From Neoconidiobolus thromboides FSU 785 (taxonomy: Eukaryota; Fungi; Entomophthoromycota), in contig MU626375.1 of NCBI GenBank assembly GCA_025603075.1, positions 1-64,000 on the forward strand: DNA of 64,000 nucleotides, read 5' to 3'. The notes beneath the pieces were generated by a model that made no database searches, was not told the origin of the DNA, and saw only the letters and a list, made by a program, of their open reading frames with translations. The position numbers were made by a program, and so were the translations under genes. Positions 46,269 through 56,916 of this stretch are shown here, piece after piece; position 1 is the first letter of the stretch; every line of letters starts with the position of its first letter.

Positions 46269-48053
46269 AAAACTTTGGTACCAGGCACAAACAGTCCAAA
46301 AACCCTTTATGATTTGCCTTTATTTAAAGAAAAAGAGATCAGTAATAATGAAGATAATAATAGTCAATAGTAATAAATAAGATGATAATAGTAAGTTATC
46401 AGTGGAATAGGCGATATTAAGAACAATGAGAGAAATCGGGTGACTTGTTTTAATAATAACAAATATAATATTTATAATCTACAAATGTAACCCGGAAAAA
46501 GAAAAATCCCTAACCATTATTACTGAATCTGTCTTTATTTAGCCAATTGATTTATTGCATACTAAGAATAATTACTACTATAATACCGATGCATTTGCTT
46601 ATCGTATATAACCTAAAGTAAACTTCACTTCAGTAGCGTTCAAAAAAGCTCATGTCAAAGGTGTAAGGGGTATGAGTATGATTAGAGAAAAATGTCATTG
46701 ATATCAAAACTGTCAGTTTCGAATAAGATCAATATATATAAAAAGTTTTAAAATTTAAGCTGTTAATGTAAGATGCTTAGATAGTCATTATTGATATAAA
46801 GTTTTAAAGTTTTCTTTTCAAAATAAAGTTTTTTATAATAGTATATACAAATACTTTCGTTTAAGAATTCAATAAAAAAATAACTTTTGAGTTAAAAAAT
46901 GAATAAAATATTGGCACTATAAATATATCCGCAAGAGCTCAAATAAAAATAATAAAAATATTACTATTAAAAGGTGAATGTGATAGGTAATAAATCAAGT
47001 TACTTTATATATTTATTTACTACAATAATATGTTAACTGAATGAATTGGATGAGAATAACTTTATCTTGGATATAAAAATCAAACAAAAGTAGAAAATTA
47101 CAAAAAGTATGGAAATATTTGTCTAAATTTAAATTAATAAGTTTAGCAACAAATTAAAGAATAAAGTATTAATATACATCAAACAAGAAAACAAAATGAA
47201 CCTTCCAAGGAAAAGTATAAATACAGTTTATAAAAAAAAATAAATCCTTTTTTAAATGTAAAATGACAGCCGAAATTTGGTATTTTATCAAACGTATTCC
47301 TAGATTAAGTACCTCGATTATTGAATTTAAGAAAATGACAACTTTACAAGAGTATGGTTATTGCTATTGAAACACACTCTGAGCTTTGCTATTTATAATG
47401 TAAGTTAATTCAAATCAAATAAGAAGATAGCAAAAATAAAGGGCATAAAAGAGTCAAAGAACCAATTTGAAATGAGAATTTAATTAATGGCGAGTACCAC
47501 CTTGAACGAAAGCAGTTTAAGGGAAATTAGAAACATCAACGTCAGATCAAGAACCAAAAGTCACTTAATAGCAGTTACGTTTTAGCTTAATGTAAGTTTA
47601 TACAGGAAACTGGAGCACATTCCTTAACATCGTTATCTCAGGGTTTTTAGTATGTTATTTATTTTTAAATACCTGTAAACTCTGAATAGTCCTTCTAACA
47701 TAGCCAAGATATCATGCAAAAATCAGCTATAAACTTAGCTAGATTATCATCCTTTTATTTATTTCACATGACAAAAAAGAGTCAAACTCAATATGTATTC
47801 GGTTAAATCAAATATATTTTAGACTAAAGCAAGCTGGAATTTAAACAGTCAATCAAGTATCTTAGCGGCTTTGAAGATTTGATGAAAATAATACAGATAT
47901 TCTTATTATTATATTTGTAGGGTTGCCTTTGAGTAAGTGTGTTTTAAAATATTATAATCCTACTCCAAGCTTTATTGTCTATGAAAATGTCTTTTTGCCA
48001 GCAGATCAATTTTTGCTCATTTTTGAACATGCATTTACTAAAAGTAGAAGATA

Positions 48054-48157
48054 GAATGGGGATGTATTTTTATGTTTAAGAATTTTAATAACAATTTTTC
48101 CGCTTAAATAGCGCTTAAAAATGAAAAAGATAATGAAGTCAAAAAACACTCCTAAAT
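48054..48157 (+). mobile_element. MITE copy 19
   Basis: gaatggggatgtatttttatgtttaag...gtcaaaaaacactcctaaat. Confidence 0.92.
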
Positions 48158-48236
48158 ATTATTGACATATAGTAAGCAAATTCAAAAATAAATTTTTCTT
48201 TTTTGCAAATTAAGCACTTACCTAATTAGATGCAAC

Positions 48237-49964
48237 ATGGAAAAAAGAGCTTATCGGTGCGATCAATGTACAAAAAGACATGTAAAATGTGACAAGCTAA
48301 CTCCCAAATGTACGACTTGTACTAGGCGTAAAGAGGATTGTACATTAAATCGAGTAATAATTTATAATAGGAAGAAAGATTTTACAACAGAAAAGTTTTC
48401 AAGATCAAAAGGGAATAACAAAATTGAAAGTATAGTATATTCTATCAAATACAATAGCGACTTGATTCAAACTACATCTCAAAAGTTTATTACCAATAAA
48501 GTAATAAAAATTTTAAAGCATCCAAAAGATCACACGTCTCTATACCCAGTTTTAGCGATATTTCATAGGTTTACTAGGAAAAGTTCTTTGGAAAATTTAA
48601 TGACTTTGACCCAGAACCCTTCTCCATTTACGCGTAGCATAGACATTTCAATATTTGTTAACCTTGCAGAAAAATTACAAGCTCATGTTCGAAGGCCAAA
48701 GCTTAAAAAGATACCTTTGGAAGTGCCAAGAGAAGCTAAAGTAGATATAGCTCCAATCCTAAAGGAAGCAATAGCAAATTATTTTAAGTACAACAATACC
48801 TTTTTTCCATTGTTTATTGAGGAAGAATTTAATTTTTCACAATGTCCTTTTTATTTGAAATTAGCTATTTTATCATGTGGACTTGTGTGGATGGAACAAA
48901 CAAAAACTGTACAAAATTTATCAAAGTATTTCGAGGGAAAGTTATTTGAGTATTTACATATAGTTTATCGAATCAACCCAACTTTAGAGAATATACAAGT
49001 GTTACTAATTACAGTTACAAGCTTAACATCATTTTCATGGGTATGTAGCCTTTATGTTTCATTTATTGATCATTGCTACAGGATTTCATCTATACTGTCA
49101 TTACATTCAAATCCAAAATTTTTAAAGCAAAAATGTAAAATTGAGCGCAGTTTTGCATACTGTTTATTAAGTGTTTTTTATTGTGGAGCATTAATGGTTT
49201 TTGGATCTTTTGTTACACTACCTAATATTGCTATAGAACTACTAAATTTGGAAAAAGAATACAAACTAAAAGTATTTAGTGGACACACTAAGTATCCATT
49301 TGATGATTTAGAAATTAAAAGATATTACTCTCTAAAATTAATCCAATTTTATAATGAACTATGTTTTATTTTATTCCCACTTCGCTTATTAAAAGAAAGA
49401 TGTATGAAGCAGGCAATAACTGAGGTTGAGCTTGCATCAAGTTCATTTAAGATAATAAGCTCAATAACGAAAGTAAGAGTCAAGTATATAGATTTTTTTG
49501 GCAACATCTTCTTATTTACAAAGAAATCGAGTTTATATGAAATGGCTAAAGACCTTCAAAATTGTGTTAATTTCTTCTATCACTATATACGCTTTTTCGT
49601 TTATTCATTTCAATTTTATTTTCCAAAATATAGGAATCATATTGAAAAGAAGGATAAAAATATAGTGATAATGGAACCTTGGAATGGAAAAGATTATGCT
49701 AAGCTTACTCTTTCAGAATGTTATTCAATAATTGATTTTGCATATTTACTTTCACATAAATACGTACTTACTTTAGACTGTTCTCAAATCTCTATTTGCT
49801 TGGTTTTTATGCTAAGATATGGTGGAAGCAATGAGCAATGTAAAATAAAACTCCAGAAAGGATTAAAGTTACTCCAATATTTATCCACATTTCCTTGTAG
49901 TGCAACTATAAGCAAGCTTAATTTAAACTTATATGGAACTATATCTAATGATTTAAAGAAATAA
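48237..49964 (+). CDS. Zn2Cys6 fungal transcription factor (family member C)
   Basis: CDQCTKRHVKCDKLTPKCTTCTRRKEDC; AIANYFKYNNTFFPLF; intronless, 575 aa. Confidence 0.87.
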   Translation: MEKRAYRCDQCTKRHVKCDKLTPKCTTCTRRKEDCTLNRVIIYNRKKDFTTEKFSRSKGNNKIESIVYSIKYNSDLIQTTSQKFITNKVIKILKHPKDHTSLYPVLAIFHRFTRKSSLENLMTLTQNPSPFTRSIDISIFVNLAEKLQAHVRRPKLKKIPLEVPREAKVDIAPILKEAIANYFKYNNTFFPLFIEEEFNFSQCPFYLKLAILSCGLVWMEQTKTVQNLSKYFEGKLFEYLHIVYRINPTLENIQVLLITVTSLTSFSWVCSLYVSFIDHCYRISSILSLHSNPKFLKQKCKIERSFAYCLLSVFYCGALMVFGSFVTLPNIAIELLNLEKEYKLKVFSGHTKYPFDDLEIKRYYSLKLIQFYNELCFILFPLRLLKERCMKQAITEVELASSSFKIISSITKVRVKYIDFFGNIFLFTKKSSLYEMAKDLQNCVNFFYHYIRFFVYSFQFYFPKYRNHIEKKDKNIVIMEPWNGKDYAKLTLSECYSIIDFAYLLSHKYVLTLDCSQISICLVFMLRYGGSNEQCKIKLQKGLKLLQYLSTFPCSATISKLNLNLYGTISNDLKK

Positions 49965-50306
49965 CTTTCCATAATAAATAGATGTCAAATATTGTTACTT
50001 TATAATTAACTTTCTGAAATGTAGTTTATTTTTTAAGAGTTAAATTTAAGTATTTAATTAAATAACACTTCCTATGAATTATGTCAATCAATACAAAAAC
50101 TCATGTAGATGTATGATGATCATTTTTTATAGGTGTAGCTTTTATAACATATTCAAACGAAGTTTTAATGCTTTTTGTATAATGCAATGCTCTAAATAAA
50201 ATATAAACTATCCTGTTAAATAATAGATTTTACTTACAAAAACGAAACATTTATGAAATATTTGTACATGTTCCATATAGATTTTAAATAATAATCGCTT
50301 TAATAA

Positions 50307-50406
50307 ATATGGGGATGTACTTTTTTGTTTAGAATTTTACTAGCAATTTTTCCACTCAAATAGCGCTTAAAAAACAAAAAGTAATAAAACCAAAACATCC
50401 CCGTAT
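50307..50406 (+). mobile_element. MITE copy 20
   Basis: atatggggatgtacttttttgtttagaattttac...caaaacatccccgtat. Confidence 0.9.
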
Positions 50407-50562
50407 ATTTATTTAATTGGCTAAATTTTATAGTGACTAATTATAATTTAACTTTTTTTGTAACCAAAGTTTCATTTTTATAATTGCGTAGCAAATAGGA
50501 TTTATTCAAGTTATATACATGCTATATAGTATATTATTTTGGTCTTGCATGTTTTTAGGCTT

Positions 50563-52314
50563 ATGAAACAACAAAATAGTTTAGATTCAAGTAAAAGAGG
50601 GCATAGATGTGATCAATGTGTTAAAAGACATCTCAAGTGTGATAGGTTGCTACCAAAATGCACAATGTGTATAAAGAAAGATATAGAATGTACTTTAAAT
50701 AGGGAAATTATATACAATAAAAAAGCAAATATTGAATATGCATCAGGAAGGAAAATTGTTAAAACAATATCTAAAGCCACTTCAATAGTTGATTGTATTC
50801 ATGCAAAAGGAAAACGTAATTTAAAACAGCCTCAATCTAAAGAAATCAAATATCAACTACTAAAATTGCCAAAAGATTACAATTTTTCACACAGTATTCT
50901 TGGAATTTTTAACAAGTTTGAAAGAAAATCGTTATTAGAGAATCTGTTAATTTTTATTCAAAATCCTTCTCCATTTTTTCCTAGTAAAGGTTTAAATCTT
51001 TTCATGATATTAACAAATAAGTTAGGCTTGTTAGCATCCAAAACTAGGAGATTGGCTTTTATACCTGAAGTACCAAACAAAAGCACTTTTGATATTGGAC
51101 CAATTTTAAAACAAGCTGTAACTAATTACTTTAAATTTGTTAATGTGGAATGTCCCTTATTCGATGAGACAAGATTTGATTTTACTTCACGTTCTTTCCA
51201 TTTAAAATCGACAATATTTGTGGGTGGTCTTTTTTATATGGATCAAACGGAAACTGTAAAGAATTTGGTTAAGTATTTTGAAGAAAAGCTTTATAATTTT
51301 GTTTCGAATGTCCCTAGAATTAAACCTAATTTAGAGAATATACAAATAATACTAATATTAGTGACTAGCTTTACTAAATTTGAATGGATTGCCAATATTA
51401 GAGAATTCCTTTTGTTTCATTGCTATAGAATGTCGTTTGTGATAGGATTAAGCCAATCGTCAAAGAAATTTTTTAAAGAGACCAATGCTGAACGAATTTA
51501 CACTTACTGTCTATTAAGTGTATATTATAATGGATTCATATTAAATCTTGGATCTTATATCGCTGAACCTGTATTTCCACTGCAGATGAATAGGTTGGAT
51601 AACCATTTTAAGAGTAAATTTTCTCATTATGCTTTTGATTTTGACAAAGATGACAAGAATATACAACAATGTTGTTTCTTTAAATTGCATGAATTTTATT
51701 ATATTATAAGCACGCTTTTTTTCGACTTACATTTAATTAAAGGGGCAAACATAAAGGAAATTGAAGACTATGTGAAATTTAATAGTGTTCTAAAAAAGCT
51801 CTTATTTAAAATACTTGTGGTTAAAGAAACGTATACCAGGGTTATGAATAATATTTTGGTAAAAATCAAAAATGAAAAATCTAAGTCAACTATTAAGGAT
51901 TATCAAAATTGCATTAACTATTTTTATCATCATACTAACTTTTATATACATTCAATCCGATTCAATGCATCTAAAGAAAAAAAAGTTTATGAATACGAGG
52001 AATATATGTTTGATAATAATATTAATACAAACGTACTAAATCATATTAAGATTATAACTAAAGAATATTATCTTGTAATTGATAGTATCGCTAAAACCTC
52101 ACATAAATATACTCTTGGCCTTGATTATGCAATTTTATCTACTTGTCTAGTTCTGTTGATACGATATGGAGGAAAGGAAGTTGAAACTATAATGTATATT
52201 CAAAAAGGGAAGGACTTATTAGAATTTTTACAAAAATCACCACTTTCTGCAAGGATATGTAAGTTTAACTTAGCACTAATTGGCATTATTACAGAATCGT
52301 TAAAAATCCTCTAA
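50563..52314 (+). CDS. Zn2Cys6 fungal transcription factor (family member D)
   Basis: ATG at 50563 (MKQQNSLDSSKRGHRC); CDQCVKRHLKCDRLLPKCTMCIKKDIEC. Confidence 0.87.
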   Translation: MKQQNSLDSSKRGHRCDQCVKRHLKCDRLLPKCTMCIKKDIECTLNREIIYNKKANIEYASGRKIVKTISKATSIVDCIHAKGKRNLKQPQSKEIKYQLLKLPKDYNFSHSILGIFNKFERKSLLENLLIFIQNPSPFFPSKGLNLFMILTNKLGLLASKTRRLAFIPEVPNKSTFDIGPILKQAVTNYFKFVNVECPLFDETRFDFTSRSFHLKSTIFVGGLFYMDQTETVKNLVKYFEEKLYNFVSNVPRIKPNLENIQIILILVTSFTKFEWIANIREFLLFHCYRMSFVIGLSQSSKKFFKETNAERIYTYCLLSVYYNGFILNLGSYIAEPVFPLQMNRLDNHFKSKFSHYAFDFDKDDKNIQQCCFFKLHEFYYIISTLFFDLHLIKGANIKEIEDYVKFNSVLKKLLFKILVVKETYTRVMNNILVKIKNEKSKSTIKDYQNCINYFYHHTNFYIHSIRFNASKEKKVYEYEEYMFDNNINTNVLNHIKIITKEYYLVIDSIAKTSHKYTLGLDYAILSTCLVLLIRYGGKEVETIMYIQKGKDLLEFLQKSPLSARICKFNLALIGIITESLKIL

Positions 52315-52757
52315 ATATACTAAAAGCATAACAATTTATGAATTTAATAAAGTTTAACTTAATATTTTTTTATCTTGTTTTATTTTTGATCTTCAGGCTT
52401 ATAGTATTTTCTACCTTTATTAAAATTAATCTTAAAATTGAATCTTACATTAATATTGTACTAATTCACTTAGTTTTATTTCAATTAAGATAAGATTATT
52501 AGAAAATATTATTACTTGAATCCTTCTGATTTACTTTATAAAAGCCTAGTTTCAAATCTTTAATCTGTATTTACTAAATGATCATAACGTTTATTCAAGA
52601 ATTAATTTTTTGTAGTCAAGGTCGATTTAATATATAACATTTATTAGCTGTAAATCAATGATCATACATGTGTTATGGTTTTCAATGATATAATCAATTA
52701 TATTGTATATCCTAGTTTTAATGGTAGATATATAATTTCTAATAATCTTTCAATCAT

Positions 52758-52864
52758 ATATAGAGATGTTTTTCTTGGCTTCATTACTTTTTCTATCTTT
52801 TAAGTGCTATTTGAGTGAAAAAATTATCAGCAAAATTCTTAAATACAAAAATACATCACCATAT
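52758..52864 (-). mobile_element. MITE copy 21 (first unit of tandem dimer)
   Basis: atatagagatgtttttcttggcttcattac...aatacatcaccatat. Confidence 0.92.
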
Positions 52865-52954
52865 GGGAATGTTTTTTTGGCTTATTTTTTCCATCTTTTA
52901 AGCACTACTTGAGTGGAAAAATTGTTAGTAAAATTCTTAAATATATCCCTATAT
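52861..52954 (-). mobile_element. MITE copy 22 (second unit; shares ATAT with copy 21)
   Basis: atatgggaatgtttttttggctt...cttaaatatatccctatat. Confidence 0.9.
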
Positions 52955-53406
52955 TGAATATTTTTTTGTAATAAATTTTTATTTTTAATCCCAAGAATTT
53001 GGACAAGTTAATAACTACTCAATCTATTTCATATTAATCATCATACCTTTTCACAAGTTTAGCTAATGAATATGATGGTTGTTGTGAAACAAACTAAATA
53101 CTTAACAGTATGAATAAATTATCCTTAAATACATACAAAATTTTTCAAGAACCAAACAGTTGTATTTAACTGTCAATAGTTGATGCTAAGTGAATCATTA
53201 AGCTCATGAATTTAAAATACCAATTTATTTGAGAAGCAATAATTATATCTTAGTTAGCTTTACACAAAATTCTTAGTGAAAAATTTTTAATAGCACAAAC
53301 CCAAGTTGAAAAATAGACACTAAAATAATAAAATTATAAACTTTTTTGTTTAAACAATTCAATCAGCCCAGAAACATAAGAACACAAAAGCGATAACTAA
53401 AAAAGG

Positions 53407-53577
53407 ATGGTAGTATTAAATTTGAGGAGCATTTATTCAAGGTTTCGTACCCCAGAAGAAGAGAGTGAAATTTCAAAATCAGCATTTTTAAAATTAGTTG
53501 GGTTTTTAGCTACTTGTGCAGTACTCACTTTAGTTACTAAGAAAAATTGGGCTCTACAACTCATTGGTAAAGTATAG
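53407..53577 (+). CDS. 56-aa single-pass membrane micropeptide (possibly a small TOM subunit-like protein)
   Basis: MVVLNLRSIYSRFRTPEEESEISKSAFLKLVGFLATCAVLTLVTKKNWALQLIGKV; GC higher than flanks; below the ORF-track cutoff. Confidence 0.5.
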   Translation: MVVLNLRSIYSRFRTPEEESEISKSAFLKLVGFLATCAVLTLVTKKNWALQLIGKV

Positions 53578-54384
53578 TTTTTTTCATTAATAGAAGCAAA
53601 TAATAAATTTCACAAATTGGGAATCAAGTATAAGATGTAATTTGTTTTATTTCTGAACATTTTATAAGTTACCATTTTCTTTTTAACTAAAAATGAAATT
53701 AAGAGATTATTTAGAAGATAACCTATATTATTTACTTGATTCTGAACACAAAGTTTAAACTGCTCAAACTCTTTACTACATATCCCTTTGCTTACTTCAT
53801 AAAAATTTCTGTTTACGCAATTTCCATAGATTAGAGCCTAAAAATGAATGCTTATTGATAAAACTATTTAGACTTCTAAAATAGTACTTACTGCTTCTGA
53901 GCATTGTACTGATGCTTGGGCTAGCTTACTTATATTTTTACGGGATGTACTTGTAAGCGGTATACTAGACTTCATAACTTTTTTAAACAAAAGAATATTA
54001 ATTGTAAAAAGAAGGCTTTTTTATTTTGCAAAAAATAATTGCGTTGATCAATAGTAGCTTGGAATAACTAATAAACGTTTTTTAATAACTTTTTTTGTAA
54101 AGGATATAAAACAATTTAAAATAAAATAAAATAAGTTACAAACTCAAATGGTAGCTTATGAATTTTATTTAGTCCATAATATCTGTATTAAATTACTAAT
54201 ATAAAAAAATCAAGAATGATGGAGAAAGAAAAATTAATTTAAGGAACGCCGCATTATTGGCTGATATTTAAGTTTATTATTCATTACCCCATTCATTTCA
54301 TAATAAATACCAAAAGTTTATAAAAGTGTCTCTTGTTTTTTAATTTATTAAGTTTAGAAAAAGTAGTAAGTAGAGAATAATATA

Positions 54385-56461
54385 ATGACCCTAATTCAAC
54401 TTAGCAATCGGCAATTGAGTATAATATTTACTGTAATAATACTTATAAGTGTTGTGTTAATTATAACTGGCATACCAATAGAAGCGAATAAAAATAAACT
54501 AGAGAGCAGTGTTACTACTAGTAATAAAGAGAAAATAATCTCTCCTTTAAATATTGAAACCATTATCAAAGAACAAGACATTTTTGGTGATGAGAAAGAG
54601 TTCTCCAAATCAGATGATGTAAACCATGATAAGCAAATAAGTCAAGAAAATAACAGTAACACTTCAACTACAGCTGATACAGCAGCCACAACAACAGAAT
54701 CAAACGATAATAAAAAAGAAAAAGAAACCAAAAAAGAAACTAAAGAAGAGAATGAGAATAAAATAAATTCAGAGCATTTTGTATTGAGTGAAGATAAAAT
54801 TGAAGATTACTCTTACTGTGAAGCGAATACTTTGAACGAAAACAGTTACTCTTCAATTGTAAGTTATTATTATTGTTATTTTAGTTCATTTTTTTATGCT
54901 TTTTCATTAGAACGATCATGAATTAATTGCATTACATATTGTTACACGTCACGGGGATAGAACACCGACAAAATTTTTACCATTGGGGTTAGAAAAAGAT
55001 CCATGGAATTGTTTAGGAGAAAACAATAAAATAATAAATCCTAATAATGATGTGAAATTTATTGAAAGGGAAATGAAATTTGTACCAGAAGGATGCTCAA
55101 CTAACAATTATTGTTTCAATAACCCATTTCAATCTTTTTATTGGCCAGGTAATTGTACAGATGGACAGTTGACAGAGAAAGGAATGATGCAATTAAATAA
55201 CGTTGGAAAAAGGATCAATGATATTTATGTTAAAAAATTGAAGTTTTTAAGTGGCGACTTTAAGTCAGATGAATCTAAATTAGTATTAAGATCAACTAAT
55301 ATTTGGCGTACTCATCAATCGGCAAATGCGCTATTAAGTGGAATGTATGAACAAGCAAATAAATTTGAAATAAATGTAATGCCAATGGAATTAGAAACTT
55401 TATTACCATTACAAAAGATGTGTCCATTATTGAAAAAATTAGAACTTGAGCTAAAGCATAGTAAACTGTATAAGCAATTTTTAGCAAGTCTTGAAATTGA
55501 ACGTAAAAAGATCGAAGACATCATTGGAGGGCCTAGACTTGGAGATCACAGCGATGCTATTGACTATTACGTTGATATTTTTCAAGCAAGACAATGTCAT
55601 CAATTTCCACCTGTATGTAAAAAAAATAAACTTAAGAATCAAACAGAATGTGTTACTAAAGAAATGATTGACAAAATGATGATCCATGGTAATAGTGAAG
55701 TACGATTATTTTATCGTGATCACCCATTAGTTTATCCCCAATTAGCAAGATTAAGAATTGGAGGCTTTTTGATGGAACTAAAGAGAAATTTACTGATTAA
55801 AATCAGCAATTATTTTAATTTGAAATTTATTGAAGCGGAACATTTGACTTTATTCAACTCAGATTTGAAGTTTTTTTATTATTCCGCTCATGACACCTCA
55901 ATCGCTGCTATCTTGGGTGCTTTACACTCGGATGATATGAAGTAAGCTTGTATGTTTTATTTATATATAAATTAATAATTTGATAAAATTAGCTGGCCAC
56001 CTTATGCCTCAAATTTAATATTTGAATTATGGGTAGCGAAAAATAAGACTATAAAAGATAAAGAAGACATATTAAACCAAATTAAATTAAGAATGATTTA
56101 TAATGGAAAGAAATTAGCGACTTCATGGTGTAAATTAGAAGAGTGCAACTTGACAACGTTCTTAAATTATTTAGATAATTCACTTAATTTAGTTGGCGGC
56201 TTTGAGTTTTATAATCATTTTAATTTCTCAAATACTACCGTCACTTCTGTTGCAAGTGACGTTTCCTCAGCTTCCTCTTTTCCTTCTTTATCTATCCATT
56301 TACCTAGCCAGGATAGATCTGTACTTTCCCCTTCTTCAACTAAAAGTATTAGCGTTAATGGGTCTTTAGCTTCAACCACTAAACCTTCCACATCAACTCC
56401 ATTATCACATCCTTTAACCACTTGGGACTTTTTACAAGAGTGTTGGATTGATTCAGAATAA
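54385..56461 (+). CDS. Histidine acid phosphatase (clade 2) with N-terminal membrane anchor; introns 54859-54910 and 55942-55992
   Basis: Splicing restores IVTRHGDRTP (RHGxRxP), then DGQLTEKG, LRSTNIWRTHQSA, YYSAHDTS (HD motif) and WPPYASNLIFELW. Confidence 0.9.
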
Positions 56462-56750
56462 ATAAAGTTGTGGTTGTTTTTTTAGAGTAGTAAGAATTAT
56501 AATATTATTTTAATACCTTGTTAAATTTTAAATTGAGATTATCTATTTAAAAAGTAAATCACTTTAGAATAATGCAAGTGTAGCTTAAAAATTAAAACTT
56601 AATGGTGCTGTAAATGGATTTGTTTTATAGACTACTATGGTTTTCCTTTTAGTCTATTTTTATGAATATTTATTTATCACCTTTAAGATAATAATATACA
56701 TCAATAATAACTTCCAGTTTATCATTATAAAAATAATTTAACAGCTCTTT

Positions 56751-56855
56751 ATATGAGAATATCTTTTTGGTTTCACCATTTTTTCTGTTTTTAAGCGCTA
56801 CTTAAGTAGAAAGATTGCTAGTAAAATTCTTAAACAGAAAAATAAATCCCCATAT
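56751..56855 (-). mobile_element. MITE copy 23
   Basis: atatgagaatatctttttggtttcacc...aataaatccccatat. Confidence 0.9.
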
Positions 56856-56916
56856 GTTACTTTAAATTGCTTTTCAAACATCAAGCTTATATTAAATTAG
56901 TATGAAAGTAAATAAG

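Noticed and set aside
46270-47700. Patches of GC-richer, hydrophobic-looking translations on the minus strand
   Set aside because: Many stops in all frames and no family signature; not supportable
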